From positions 1 through 36,590 of the forward strand of contig JBHIDD010000001.1 in the NCBI GenBank assembly GCA_046759925.1: a stretch of DNA of 36,590 nucleotides, written 5' to 3'. Position numbers and translations under genes: made by a program. Below the pieces are notes generated by a model. That model saw nothing but the letters and a program-made list of their open reading frames with translations, made no database searches and had not been told where the DNA came from. Below are positions 17,160 to 27,668 of this stretch, piece by piece. The stretch comes from Kiloniellaceae bacterium. GTDB lineage: Bacteria; Pseudomonadota; Alphaproteobacteria; Kiloniellales; J153. How positions within the stretch are numbered: position 1 is the first letter of the stretch; each line of letters begins with the position of its first letter.

Positions 17160-20100
17160 CTAGACCGGCAAATCCTCGCCAAGCGACATGAGCGAGGCGT
17201 TGCCGCCGGCCGCCGTGGTGTCGATGCTGAGCGTCCGCTCGGTGGCGAAGCGGTAGAGGTAGCGCGGTCCGCCCGCCTTGGGTCCGGTCCCGGAGAGGCC
17301 CTCGCCGCCGAAGGGCTGCACGCCGACCACGGCGCCGATCATGTTGCGGTTGACGTAGGCGTTGCCGACGCGCAGGCGCCGGTGGATGTAGGCCACGGTC
17401 GAATCGATCCGGCTGTGAATGCCCAGCGTCAGCCCGTAGCCGGTGCCGTTGATCGCCTCCAGCACGCCATCCAGGCGATCGGCCCGGTAGCGGATGACGT
17501 GGAGGATGGGCCCGAAGACCTCGCGCTGCAGCCGGCCGAGCGATTCGATCTCGAAGACCGCGGGCGCCACGAAGCTGCCGTGCTCCGTGCCCGGACCCGG
17601 CTTGGCGCGCCTGATCAGGCGGCCGTCCGCGGTCAGGCGCCTGGCATGGCCGTCGAGCATGGCTTGCGCCTCGGAATCGATCACCGGGCCGACGTCGGTG
17701 GACAGCCAGGCCGGGTCGCCGACGATCAGCTCCTCCATGGCGCCGGCGAGCATCTCCAGCATCTTGTCGGCGACCTCCTCCTGCAGGAACAGGACGCGCA
17801 GGGCCGAGCAGCGCTGCCCGGCGCTTTGGAAGGCGGAGGCGATCACGTCAGCGACCACCTGTTCGGGCAGCGCGGTCGAATCCACGATCATGGCGTTCTG
17901 CCCGCCGGTCTCGGCAATGAGTGGCACGATCGGGCCGTCGCGCTTGGCCAGCGTCTCGTTGATCAGCTTCGCCGTCTCGGTGGAGCCGGTGAAGGCCACC
18001 CCCGCCACCCGCGGATCGGCCACCAGCGGGCCGCCGACGCTCGGCCCGTCGCCCGGCAGCAGATGCAGGACATCGCCCGGTACCCCGGCCCGGTGCAGGA
18101 GGCGCACGGCGGCGGCGGCGATCAGCGGCGTCTGTTCGGCCGGCTTGGCAATGACCGCATTGCCGGCGGCCAAAGCGGCGCTCACCTGGCCGGTGAAGAT
18201 GGCCAGCGGGAAATTCCACGGGCTGATGCAGGCGAAGACCCCGCGCCCGTGCAGCGCCACCTCGTTGCGCTCGCCGGTTGGCCCCGGCAAGGCGGTCGGT
18301 CCGGCGAAATCGGCGCGCGCCCGGGCCGCGTAGTAACGGCAGAAGTCGACCGCCTCGCGGACCTCGGCGTTGGCATCGCCGATGGTCTTGCCGGCCTCTC
18401 GGACGCAGAGCGCCATGAGCTCGGCCCGGTTGTCCTCGATCAAGCCCGCCATGCGATCGAGGCAGGCGGCGCGGTCCTCGGCCGGGGTCGCGTCCCAATC
18501 GCCGGCCGCCCGATGGGCGCGGCCGAGCGCCTGGTCGACGTGGCCGCGGCCGGCCTCCACCACCTCGCCGACCGCGCGCCGGTGATCCGCCGGATCGTAG
18601 ACCGGCCGCGCCGTCCCGTTCCGGGCGATGCCGCCGACCAGCGGGGCCGCACTCCAGTCGCGCGCCGCGGCCGCCGCCATCGCCGCGCCGAGCGGCGCCA
18701 AGGCCTGGGGGTCCGAAAGATCGAGGCCCGCCGCGTTGCGCCGCTCGGCGCCGTAGAGCGCGGCGGGCGGCGGTATTTTCGGATGCGGGATCGCGCGCAA
18801 GGCGCGAACCCGGGCGACCGGGTCGGCGATGATCTCCTCGATCGGCAGCTTCTCGTCGACGATGCGGTTGACGAAGGAGGTGTTGGCGCCGTTCTCGAGC
18901 AGCCGGCGCACCAGGTAGGCCAGCAGGTCCTCGTGGCTGCCGACCGGCGCATAGACCCGCACCGGCAGGTTCAGCCGGTCTGCGCCGACGACCTGCTCGT
19001 AGAGCGCCTCGCCCATGCCGTGCAGGCGCTGGAACTCGAAGTCGCGGGATTCGCCGGCCATCTCCAGGACCGCAGCCAGGCTGTGCGCGTTGTGGGTCGC
19101 GAATTGCGGGTAGAAGGCGTCCGGGCTGGCGAACAGACGCTTGACGCAGGCGAGATACGAAACGTCGGTCGCGGACTTGCGGGTAAACACCGGATAGTCG
19201 GACAAGCCCGCTTCCTGGCTCCGCTTGATCTCGGTGTCCCAGTAGGCGCCCTTGACCAGGCGGACCATGAGCCGCCGCTCGTGGCGCCGGGCCATGTCGG
19301 CCAGCCAGTCGAGGACGAAGCCGGCGCGTTTCTGGTAGGCCTGCACGGCCAGCCCGACGCCGTTCCAGCCGGCCAGCTCCGGATCGCCGGAGAGCGCCTC
19401 GACGACATCGAGGGAGAGCTCCAGGCGGTCGGCCTCCTCGGCATCGACGGTGAGGCCGATGCCTTGGCCCTTTGCGTCGGCCGCCAGCGCCTTGAGGCAC
19501 GGGACGAGCTCGTCCATCACCCGCGCGCGCTGGGCGAACTCGTAGCGCGGATGCAGCGCCGAAAGCTTGACCGAGATGCCCGGCGATTCGACCGGTCCCC
19601 GGCCGCCGGCCGCCGCGCCGAGCGCCGCGATGGCGCTGCGGTAGGCCGCGAAATAGCGCTTCGCATCGGCCATGGTGCGCGCCGCCTCGCCGAGCATGTC
19701 GTAGGAATGGCGGTAACCCCGCTGTTCCTCCGGCCTGGCCCGCTCGAGGGCCTCCGCGATCGTGCGGCCCATGACGAACTGGCGGCCCAGGATGCGCATC
19801 GCCTGGGTCACGGCGGCGCGGATCACCGGCTCGCCGCTGTCGTGGACCAGGCGGCGCAGGGTGCCGGCGAGATCCTGCGTGTCCTGCTCGTCCAGGCGCA
19901 CGACGCGGCCGGTCAGCATCAGCGCCCAGGTCGAGGCATTGACGAAGACCGAATCGCTCTTGCCCAGGTGGGCCTCCCAGTCGGCGGTGGCGATCTTGTC
20001 CTTGATCAGCCTGTCGACCGTCTCGGCGTCGGGAACCCGCAGGAGCGCCTCGGCCAGGCACATGAGCACGACGCCCTCCTTGCTGGAGAGCCGGAACTCG

Positions 20101-20315
20101 TGGAGGAAGGCGTCCAGCCCGCCCCGGCCGACGCGCTCCCGGCGCACCGCGGCGACCAGCGCCCGGGCGCGCGCGGCGATGCGCTCGAGGGCGTCGGGGG
20201 GAAGCTCGGCCTCGTCGAGCAGTCGCCGGACGATCGCGGTTTCATCCGCGCGCGTGGCGTCGCGGACGGCGCGTCTGAGCGGGCCGGCCTCGGCGACGGC
20301 TGGATCGATGATCAT
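17160..20315 (-). CDS. putA: Bifunctional proline dehydrogenase / L-glutamate-gamma-semialdehyde dehydrogenase
   Basis: 1051 aa. The PRODH barrel region (YRHSYDMLGE, VKLSAL, LVKGAYWD) is followed by an ALDH domain (ISPWNFPLAI, ETGGQNAMIVDSTAL, FQSAGQRCSALRVL). Confidence 0.95.
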   Translation of the reverse strand: MIIDPAVAEAGPLRRAVRDATRADETAIVRRLLDEAELPPDALERIAARARALVAAVRRERVGRGGLDAFLHEFRLSSKEGVVLMCLAEALLRVPDAETVDRLIKDKIATADWEAHLGKSDSVFVNASTWALMLTGRVVRLDEQDTQDLAGTLRRLVHDSGEPVIRAAVTQAMRILGRQFVMGRTIAEALERARPEEQRGYRHSYDMLGEAARTMADAKRYFAAYRSAIAALGAAAGGRGPVESPGISVKLSALHPRYEFAQRARVMDELVPCLKALAADAKGQGIGLTVDAEEADRLELSLDVVEALSGDPELAGWNGVGLAVQAYQKRAGFVLDWLADMARRHERRLMVRLVKGAYWDTEIKRSQEAGLSDYPVFTRKSATDVSYLACVKRLFASPDAFYPQFATHNAHSLAAVLEMAGESRDFEFQRLHGMGEALYEQVVGADRLNLPVRVYAPVGSHEDLLAYLVRRLLENGANTSFVNRIVDEKLPIEEIIADPVARVRALRAIPHPKIPPPAALYGAERRNAAGLDLSDPQALAPLGAAMAAAAARDWSAAPLVGGIARNGTARPVYDPADHRRAVGEVVEAGRGHVDQALGRAHRAAGDWDATPAEDRAACLDRMAGLIEDNRAELMALCVREAGKTIGDANAEVREAVDFCRYYAARARADFAGPTALPGPTGERNEVALHGRGVFACISPWNFPLAIFTGQVSAALAAGNAVIAKPAEQTPLIAAAAVRLLHRAGVPGDVLHLLPGDGPSVGGPLVADPRVAGVAFTGSTETAKLINETLAKRDGPIVPLIAETGGQNAMIVDSTALPEQVVADVIASAFQSAGQRCSALRVLFLQEEVADKMLEMLAGAMEELIVGDPAWLSTDVGPVIDSEAQAMLDGHARRLTADGRLIRRAKPGPGTEHGSFVAPAVFEIESLGRLQREVFGPILHVIRYRADRLDGVLEAINGTGYGLTLGIHSRIDSTVAYIHRRLRVGNAYVNRNMIGAVVGVQPFGGEGLSGTGPKAGGPRYLYRFATERTLSIDTTAAGGNASLMSLGEDLPV

Positions 20316-20522
20316 GGCGGTCGTGTCCGGGCGATCGGGCGGGTCCTCGGTGGCCTGGTCCCGGCACCGACTCTAACCGACATCGCCGGGGCCGCGAAGT
20401 GCCGGCATTGCCCGGCCGCGGAATTCTTCGTTGCGCCACGCTCATCCGGCGGCCGGCTGCGGGGCCATAGGCACGGCAAATGCGACCGGCTACCATGCCG
20501 CGATCGTAACGGGGAGCCGGCC

Positions 20523-21374
20523 ATGGTGAATATTGCCGAGGGATCGCGGGCGCTCGCCACGATCGCGATGGCGAGCCCGTCTCCCAAAGCCGACCAGCGG
20601 ATACCGATCTTCGATACCCACATCCATTACAGCCGGGCGGCGTGGCAATCCTATGGGCCCGCGAGAATCCTGGAGGTGCTGGACGCGGCCGGAGTCCCGA
20701 GGGCCCTCGTCTCCAGCACCCCGGACGACGGCACGCTCAGGCTGCATGCCGCGGCCCGAGATCGCGTCGTTCCGCTGCTTCGTCCGTATCGCAGCCGCGC
20801 CGACATGGCCGACTGGTTCCGGAACCAGGACATCCTGGACTACGTCGTGGCGCGGCTCGACAGCGGCCGCTACAGGGGAATCGGCGAGTTTCACCTGTTC
20901 GAAGACGGCGACGCCGGGACCCCGCAAATCACCCGTCTGGCTCGTCTCGCGGCGGCACGGGGCCTGGTTCTGCACGTCCATGCCGGCGCCGGTCCGATAC
21001 GCGCATTGTTCGCCATGGAACCGGGATTGCAGATCCTGTGGGCCCATGCCGGGATGGGCGCGCCGCCCGAAGCCATCGGCGGGCTCCTCGCCGGCTACCC
21101 CGGGCTGACGACCGAGTTGTCGTTCCGGGCGGCCGACATCGCCCCCGAGGGCCGCCTCGATCCGGCCTGGCGCGGCCTGTTCGTGCGCCACGCGGACCGC
21201 TTCATGATCGGGACCGACACCTACGTGACGGCGCGCTGGGATATGTATCGCGACCTCGTGGACGAACATCGCCGCTGGCTCGCCCAGCTTCCCGCCGATG
21301 TGGCAAAGGCGATCGCCTACGGCAATGCGGTGCGGGAGTTCGGCGCCGGGAACCGCGCGGCCTTCGAGGACTGA
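20523..21374 (+). CDS. Amidohydrolase-2 / TIM-barrel metal-dependent hydrolase family protein
   Basis: It contains [11 protein letters not shown] (metal-binding HxH), [15 protein letters not shown] and MIGTDTY. GGGGAG lies 6 nt upstream of ATG 20523. This is the only credible part of the 1330-aa track ORF. ATG 20568 is an alternative start. Confidence 0.7.
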   Translation: MVNIAEGSRALATIAMASPSPKADQRIPIFDTHIHYSRAAWQSYGPARILEVLDAAGVPRALVSSTPDDGTLRLHAAARDRVVPLLRPYRSRADMADWFRNQDILDYVVARLDSGRYRGIGEFHLFEDGDAGTPQITRLARLAAARGLVLHVHAGAGPIRALFAMEPGLQILWAHAGMGAPPEAIGGLLAGYPGLTTELSFRAADIAPEGRLDPAWRGLFVRHADRFMIGTDTYVTARWDMYRDLVDEHRRWLAQLPADVAKAIAYGNAVREFGAGNRAAFED

Positions 21375-21399
21375 CGGCACACCGTTCTACAAGCGCCGG

Positions 21400-21550
21400 A
21401 ATTCGGGGACAGTATACCATTTTCTTCGCTTGGGGCGGGTCCGCCGCCAAAGCCTTGCGCCGCGGCGCGGCCGGGCCCCTTCCGGCCGGCGCCTCGAACC
21501 GGCGCGCCCGAGGGCGCGGCTGCGCAAAAATAGTATACTGTCCCCGGATT
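21400..21550. mobile_element. ~150-bp inverted-repeat (MITE-like) element
   Basis: Its terminal inverted repeats are aattcggggacagtatac (21400-21417) and gtatactgtccccggatt (21533-21550), matching at 17 of 18 positions, with imperfect pairing continuing inward (cattttc / aaaaata). The interior is GC-rich and non-coding. The right end coincides exactly with the break point of a truncated thiolase gene. Confidence 0.55.
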
Positions 21551-21723
21551 GCCTGAACGTCGACGGCGGCGCCATCGCCATCGGCCATCCCGTCGGCGTG
21601 ACCGGCGCGCGCATGACCGGGCACGCGCTGATCGAAGGGCGCCGGCGCGGTGCGAAGCGCGTGGTCGTGACCATGTGCGTCGGCGGCGGCATGGGCGCGG
21701 CCGGCCTGTTCGAGGTGGCGTGA
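21551..21723 (+). pseudogene. 3' remnant of an acetyl-CoA acetyltransferase (thiolase) gene
   Basis: The translation [56 protein letters not shown] is the conserved thiolase C-terminus (NxxGGAIAxGHP ... CxGGG). The ~330 upstream codons are absent. Confidence 0.8.
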
Positions 21724-21831
21724 CGATTTTCGCCTCGCCCCGGTCACGGTTCGCCCGCGCCCATAGGGTGTCGCCCTCCGGCCAACGCGCCTGCGGACCC
21801 GCGCCTGTGCGGGTTCGCCTCCGGTGCCGTG

Positions 21832-22857
21832 CTAAGGAATCAGGATCATCTTGCCGAACGCGCGACGCTCGGCCATGACCCTTGCGGCCTCGCGCGCGTC
21901 TTCGAGCGGGAAGCTTGCGTGAATCACGGGCTTCAGCTTGCCCTCGGCCACCAGATTCAGGACACGGGCGATCTGCGCGCGCGGCGCGTAATGGTTCCCG
22001 TGAAGCGTGATCTGCTTGCGGAACAGTTCGATGACGTCGAGATCGACGTGCTCGCCGGCGTGCGCGCCGCAGGTCACGATGCGCCCGGCGAAGCGCAGCG
22101 CCTTGATGCTGTCGACCAGGACATGGCCGCCGACCGATTCGATGACCAGGTCGGCGCCCTTGCCGCCGGTCAGCTTCAGGACTTCGTCGGCGAGGCTCTG
22201 CGTGGTGTAGTTGATCACCTCGTCGGCGCCGATGTCCTTCGCCTTCGCGAGCTTGGCCTCGCTGCTCGCGCTGGCGATCACGCGGGCCCCGTGCAGCCTG
22301 GCGATCTGGATGGCCGCGCTGCCGATGCCGCTGCCCGCGGCGTTTATAAGGACGTCTTCGCCGGCCTGGACCTTGCCGATCTTAACCGCCATGTTCCAGG
22401 TGGTGCCGAAACAGCATGGGCAGGCGGCCGCCTGCTCGTAGCCGAGGGTCCGGGGGAGCGGTATGACGTGGTGCTGCCCGACCCTGACGTATTCGGCGTA
22501 GGTCCCCCATCGGTTGACGCCGAGGCGGGCGCGGTTGAGGCAGATGTTCTCGAGGCCCGAGAGGCAGTTCCGGCAGCTGCCGCAGATCAGATTGTACGGC
22601 GCCACGCGGTCGCCGGCCCTGACGTTGGTCACGCCCGCGCCGACCTCGGCGACCTCGCCGGCCCCCTCGATGCCCAACACGTGCGGCAGCTCCTGTTCGA
22701 CGCCGGATATGCCCTCGCGGATATCGTGGTCGAAGTGATTGACGCCGGCGGCCTTGATCCGGATCAGGATCTCGCCGAAGCCGGGTTCCGGTGTCGCGAT
22801 GTCCTGATAGGTCAGCTTGTCAACGCCGCCGTGCGCGTGAATGACCACCGCCTTCAT
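21832..22857 (-). CDS. Medium-chain (zinc-type) alcohol dehydrogenase / quinone-reductase superfamily oxidoreductase
   Basis: It starts MKAVVIHAHGG and has a structural-Zn-like Cys cluster (CGSCRNCLSGLENIC) and a Rossmann motif (INAAGSGIGSAAIQ). GGGGAGG lies upstream of ATG 22857. Confidence 0.8.
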   Translation of the reverse strand: MKAVVIHAHGGVDKLTYQDIATPEPGFGEILIRIKAAGVNHFDHDIREGISGVEQELPHVLGIEGAGEVAEVGAGVTNVRAGDRVAPYNLICGSCRNCLSGLENICLNRARLGVNRWGTYAEYVRVGQHHVIPLPRTLGYEQAAACPCCFGTTWNMAVKIGKVQAGEDVLINAAGSGIGSAAIQIARLHGARVIASASSEAKLAKAKDIGADEVINYTTQSLADEVLKLTGGKGADLVIESVGGHVLVDSIKALRFAGRIVTCGAHAGEHVDLDVIELFRKQITLHGNHYAPRAQIARVLNLVAEGKLKPVIHASFPLEDAREAARVMAERRAFGKMILIP

Positions 22858-23028
22858 GGTTCGCCTCCCCTGCCGGCCGCGTGCGTTTCGCCCGCCCATC
22901 CTCGGGGATTACCCTTGGCGAGACAATCGATCAATGCGCGCCTTCCGTGCGGTCAGGACGGCACGTCGTTCGACGATCGGGACCGGGCCGCTCCCGCGCC
23001 CCTCGAGACGCGGCGGAAGCGCAATTCT

Positions 23029-23066
23029 CCAGACACCACAATTCGCCAGACACCATACTGAATTCG
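23029..23066. repeat. Short tandem direct repeat (ccagacacca..attcg, two copies)
   Basis: ccagacaccacaattcg is followed immediately by ccagacaccatactgaattcg. Confidence 0.6.
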
Positions 23067-23137
23067 ATTTTCCCGGCTATGGGACCAAAGGCAGAGAACG
23101 TCGCCGCGGAGTCGGACCCTTGGCTTGAGATCCGGCC

Positions 23138-23159
23138 AAGGACACGCGAAGGACACGCG
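23138..23159. repeat. Perfect 11-bp tandem duplication (aaggacacgcg, two copies)
   Basis: Read directly from the sequence: aaggacacgcg aaggacacgcg. It is preceded by a ccttggc...gccaagg hairpin (23118-23141). Confidence 0.8.
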
Positions 23160-23170
23160 AATGAAGTACT

Positions 23171-23310
23171 GGAATTACGTATGGCGTCCCTTTAATTGGA
23201 GAATTAAGTATGGCGTCCGCGTAATTGGAATTGTGGCGTCCCCGTAATTGCGCTAATTGCGTAATTGAATTAAGTATGGCGTCCCTTTAATTGCCCTTTA
23301 ATTGCCTCCC
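23171..23310. repeat. AT-rich degenerate tandem-repeat / iteron-like array (core gtatggcgtccNNNtaattg)
   Basis: Core copies lie at 23179-23199, 23208-23228, 23232-23250 (gtggcgtcccc variant) and 23274-23294. The hexamer taattg occurs seven times in ~120 bp, and ggaatt/gaattaa prefixes recur. Confidence 0.8.
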
Positions 23311-23551
23311 GTAAATCCGACGCCCGCGACAACCGCCATCCCGCGGCACGCCGAAACCCGCGACGCCGCGGCACGACTCCGGCCGGCGCACCGGCGCGTT
23401 TGGCCAGGGCCTCGACCGTCCCCGGATTTCGGATTGCCCGGATTTCCGCGCCACCGATCCAGGCGCCTTTGCGGCCTTGCCCCGGGGCGCGGATTCCCCA
23501 ATACTCCGCCGGCGTTTTTCCGTCGTGCCCGAACACAGGCGCGAGCGTCCC

Positions 23552-24753
<1,202 letters not shown>

Positions 24754-24757
<4 letters not shown>

Positions 24758-25458
24758 CCCTGCCAGGCGGGAACGCCGATGACAGACCCGTGAAGGTGGA
24801 GCAGAACGGCATAAATCGCGAGCGCAAGCGCCGGCCGCCACCAGCCGATCCCCGTCCAGTCGGGCTTGCCGCGCCCGGTCAACACCGCCGCGAAGGGAAT
24901 CACGCTGGTGGTCAGCTTGACCGGGCCCCAGGCGGCGCCGAGGGCCGCCTCGCGGCGCCGATCGATGTGCCACATGCCGGCCGAGCTCAGGACCAGGATC
25001 CCGGTCATCATGATGATGCTGGCCAGGTCGCCGTTGACCGCAAGGTGCGAGACCGCCCAGAGCGCCGTGCCCCAGAGGAAGGGATGGCGGGTGATGCTGA
25101 TGATCCCGGGGGCCGGCGTCTCGGGCCCGCCGGTACTGAGCCGCCGCTCGGCGCCGACCAGGGTCGGATTCGGCGTGGTGACGCCCGCGACCGCCAGCAA
25201 GATCGCCACCGGCATGACCGCGACCGGGATCCAGAAAAACCCCGCGGGCGGGAACCAGACCGCGACGGTCGGCGCCTCGCCATAGGCCGCCACCATCCAG
25301 ATGAAGGCCGCGCTTACGCTCAAGGAATAGCCGATCAGGAAGCCCTGCGGGCCGAGCCGCCTGACCAGCAGGGCGCGCAGGGTCTCGCTGGACAGCAGGA
25401 AATGGCCGCCCACGAAGCAAAGGGTCGCGGCGAAAAGCGCGTCCAAGGTCCCGGTCAT
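24754..25458 (-). CDS. nnrU: NnrU-family integral membrane protein
   Basis: A multi-helix membrane protein containing [18 protein letters not shown], characteristic of NnrU. The start is set at ATG 25458 (MTGTLDALF...). Confidence 0.75.
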
Positions 25459-25537
25459 GGCGGCGATTATCGCGTCCCCGCCGGAGTCGCGTCCAGCCCA
25501 AGGCAATCGTTCGGCGCGGCCGCTCCCGACGGGTCGG

Positions 25538-26428
25538 TCAGAACGCGGGCACAGCCAGCCCCTTTTGCCGGCAGGCGGCGATGGCGGTATTCGCCAGCAG
25601 GCAGGCGATGGTCATCGGCCCGACGCCGCCGGGAACCGGCGTGATCGCGCCGGCGACCTTGACCGCCTCTTCGGTCGCGACGTCGCCGACCAGGCGGGTC
25701 TTGCCGCCTTTACCCTCGATCGGGTTGATGCCGACGTCGATCACGGTGGCGCCGGGCTTGATCCAGTCACCCTTGACCATCCGGGGCCGGCCAACCGCGG
25801 CGACCAGGATGTCCGCCTCGCGGCAGACGCCAGGCAGGTCCCGGGTCCGGGAATGGGCGACGGTCACCGTACAGTTTTCCTTCAGCAGGAGCTGGACCAT
25901 CGGCTTGCCGACGATGTTCGAGCGGCCGACCACCACCGCCCGCCTGCCCGAGAGGTCGCCGAGCTCGCTCTTCAGCAGCATGAGGCAGCCCAGCGGCGTG
26001 CACGGCACCAGCCCTTCGCCGCCGGTGGCGAGCCGCCCGGCGTTGACGACGTGGAATCCGTCCACGTCCTTGGCCGGATCGATGGCGTCGATCACGGCCC
26101 GCGCGTCGATCCGCTCGGGCAGCGGCAGCTGAACGAGGATGCCGTGGACGCGCTCGTCGGCGTTGAGCCCGCGCACCAGCGCCAAGAGCTCCGCCTCGCC
26201 GGTCTCCGCCCCGAGCCGCTTGTCGAACGGGACCATGCCCGCGGCCCCCACGGCGCGGCTCTTGTTGCGGACGTAGACCTGGCTCGCCGGGTTGTCGCCG
26301 ACGAGCACCACGGCGATGCCGGGCACGAGCCCGTGGGCGGTCTTGATCTTCGCGGTCGCTTCGGCAACGCGGGCGCGCAGCCGTTTTGCGAACGCCGCGC
26401 CGTCGATGATCTTGGCGTCAGCCGTCAT
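25538..26428 (-). CDS. folD: Bifunctional methylenetetrahydrofolate dehydrogenase (NADP+) / methenyl-THF cyclohydrolase
   Basis: 296 aa containing [44 protein letters not shown] and [12 protein letters not shown]. Confidence 0.95.
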   Translation of the reverse strand: MTADAKIIDGAAFAKRLRARVAEATAKIKTAHGLVPGIAVVLVGDNPASQVYVRNKSRAVGAAGMVPFDKRLGAETGEAELLALVRGLNADERVHGILVQLPLPERIDARAVIDAIDPAKDVDGFHVVNAGRLATGGEGLVPCTPLGCLMLLKSELGDLSGRRAVVVGRSNIVGKPMVQLLLKENCTVTVAHSRTRDLPGVCREADILVAAVGRPRMVKGDWIKPGATVIDVGINPIEGKGGKTRLVGDVATEEAVKVAGAITPVPGGVGPMTIACLLANTAIAACRQKGLAVPAF

Positions 26429-26750
26429 GCGACTTCATCCACCTGGCCAACCGCGCGGAAAGTGCCGCCGGGTCCCCCGCGATGTGGAGGGTCTTGCGCC
26501 GGCTGGTGGCGCCGCGGACCACGCGCACGCTGGTCTTCGGCACCCGCCATTCCTTGGCCAAGAGCTTCGCGAGCGCGGCGTTGGCCTTGCCGCCCTCGGC
26601 CGCGGCGGTCACCGCCGCCTTGAGCCACACGGCGCCGTCGGCCTCGCGGGCGAGGCCGTCCACCCGGTTGCGCCCGGCGCCCGGCGTAAGCCGCACCATG
26701 ACGTTGACGCCGTCGCGGGCGGCGGCGAACGGGGCGCCGAAGTCGGGCAA
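26418..26750 (-). CDS. DUF167 (YggU-like) family protein
   Basis: [21 protein letters not shown]....[48 protein letters not shown] matches the YggU pattern. The start is uncertain: TTG 26750 sits just after the yggT stop, and ATG 26699 would remove conserved residues. The gene overlaps the folD start by 11 nt. Confidence 0.65.
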   Translation of the reverse strand: MPDFGAPFAAARDGVNVMVRLTPGAGRNRVDGLAREADGAVWLKAAVTAAAEGGKANAALAKLLAKEWRVPKTSVRVVRGATSRRKTLHIAGDPAALSARLARWMKSHDG

Positions 26751-26752
26751 GG

Positions 26753-27040
26753 CTAGACCGCGCTCCCCCAGTATTCCCACAGAAGGTTGCGGGCGAACCA
26801 GATCAGCAGCAAAAGCGCGAGCGGCGCCAGGTCGATGCCGCCCAGGACCGGCAGGATGCCGCGGATGGGCCGCAGCCCCGGCTCGGTCAGGCGGTGCAGG
26901 AACCCGCCCACCGTGCTGACGAACCGGTTGTAAGTGTTGATCACGTTGAAGGCGATCAGCCAGCTCATGATCACGTAGAGGATGATGGTCCACAAGTAAA
27001 GTCCCAGGACCGTGTCGACCAGCAGATAGAGGGATTTCAT
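26753..27040 (-). CDS. yggT: YggT-family small membrane protein
   Basis: 95 aa with two hydrophobic segments and the YggT-like motifs (LYLWTIILYVIMSWL ... LTEPGLRPIRGILP..GGIDLAPL). Confidence 0.8.
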   Translation of the reverse strand: MKSLYLLVDTVLGLYLWTIILYVIMSWLIAFNVINTYNRFVSTVGGFLHRLTEPGLRPIRGILPVLGGIDLAPLALLLLIWFARNLLWEYWGSAV

Positions 27041-27157
27041 CGGCGAGTCCGCAAGCGGGGACGGGGAACGAATCGGCCGTTAGCGTAACGGGCACTTCGG
27101 GGCGAGACAAGGCGGTCCCGCCCCGGGGCGCCGCCGCGCCGCGGCGGCTTGGTCCGC

Positions 27158-27186
27158 TTGACAGGGGCAGGCGTTGTTCCCATTAT
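27158..27186 (+). promoter_or_regulatory. Putative sigma70 promoter for tRNA-Ala
   Basis: TTGACA (27158-27163), a 17-nt spacer and CATTAT (27181-27186), about 65 nt upstream of the mature tRNA 5' end. Confidence 0.45.
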
Positions 27187-27250
27187 CCGCGCGCCCGAGG
27201 CCGGGCCTTGACGGCCGAGTCGGGCCTTCCCAAGTCCACGGAGCGGGCGT

Positions 27251-27326
<76 letters not shown>

Positions 27327-27357
27327 CCCGGTCCTTGGGTTTATTCCCTCTCTTGTA

Positions 27358-27395
27358 GGCGGACGCAGTTCTCGCGCGGTTTCCGCGCGTCCGCC
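27358..27395 (+). terminator. GC-rich bulged hairpin downstream of tRNA-Ala (possible terminator; no U tract)
   Basis: ggcggacgc ... gcgtccgcc forms the outer stem, with an inner cgcgcgg-ttt-ccgcgcg stem. It is followed by ccgtagtcc rather than a T run. Confidence 0.3.
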
Positions 27396-27517
27396 CCGTA
27401 GTCCTTCCGAAAGTTGCGCCGAGGGACGGCGAAGTCCGCAGTCTCCTGGCGAAAACGGCCGCGTCTCTTTCTTGGCCGAATTCGGTGTCCATAACTTTCG
27501 ATGATGGTTGCCGCTGC

Positions 27518-27668
27518 GCGCGGCGGTTCGCGCAAGCGCCCAGGCGATGGCATCGATGTGCCAGTTGTGACGATAGGCGTCGCCCGGAGACACGGTCCGG
27601 AAGGCTTTCTGGACGAAGCTCGAGAGGTCGCTGCGCAGGAGCGCTGTTAAGACGTCGCGATCGCTCAT
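27518..27668 (-). pseudogene. 5' stub (~50 codons) of a phage terminase large subunit gene
   Basis: MSDRDVLTALLRSDLSSFVQKAFRTVSPGDAYRHNWHIDAIAWAL matches the conserved TerL N-terminus (L..DF..F....F......f..nWH...i...L). Similarity is lost afterwards, and the reading frame runs into the tRNA gene. Its ATG overlaps the upstream stop as ATGA (27665-27668). Confidence 0.65.

Noticed and set aside
14610-17163. ORFs 14610-15650 (+), 14656-15837 (-), 15959-17098 (-) and 16609-17163 (+)
   Set aside because: Their Arg/Gly/Pro-dominated translations overlap the hydrolase and Leu-dehydrogenase genes and carry no motifs.
17382-20522. The first ~1047 codons of the 1330-aa plus-strand ORF, the longest ORF in the window
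   Set aside because: It lies antisense to putA, which has unmistakable PRODH and ALDH motifs. The translation is Arg/Gly/Ala/Pro/Asp-rich with no recognisable domain, which is typical of a GC-rich shadow frame. Only the last 284 codons (20523-21374, amidohydrolase) look real.
23040-23215. ARG-box-like sequences (TGAAT half-sites) upstream of argG
   Set aside because: Only isolated TGAAT/GAATT half-sites are present. No 18-bp TGAAT-wwww-ATTCA palindrome can be assembled.
23171-23310. A possible CRISPR array
   Set aside because: The repeat units are ~20 bp and degenerate, and the spacing is irregular (29, 23 and 43 bp) without unique spacers of uniform length. There are no cas genes in the window and no leader-like organisation.
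26751-27110. The upstream extension of the DUF167 ORF (track ORF 26418-27110, 230 aa)
   Set aside because: The extension overlaps the yggT coding region in another frame and has no family similarity. DUF167 proteins are ~100 aa.
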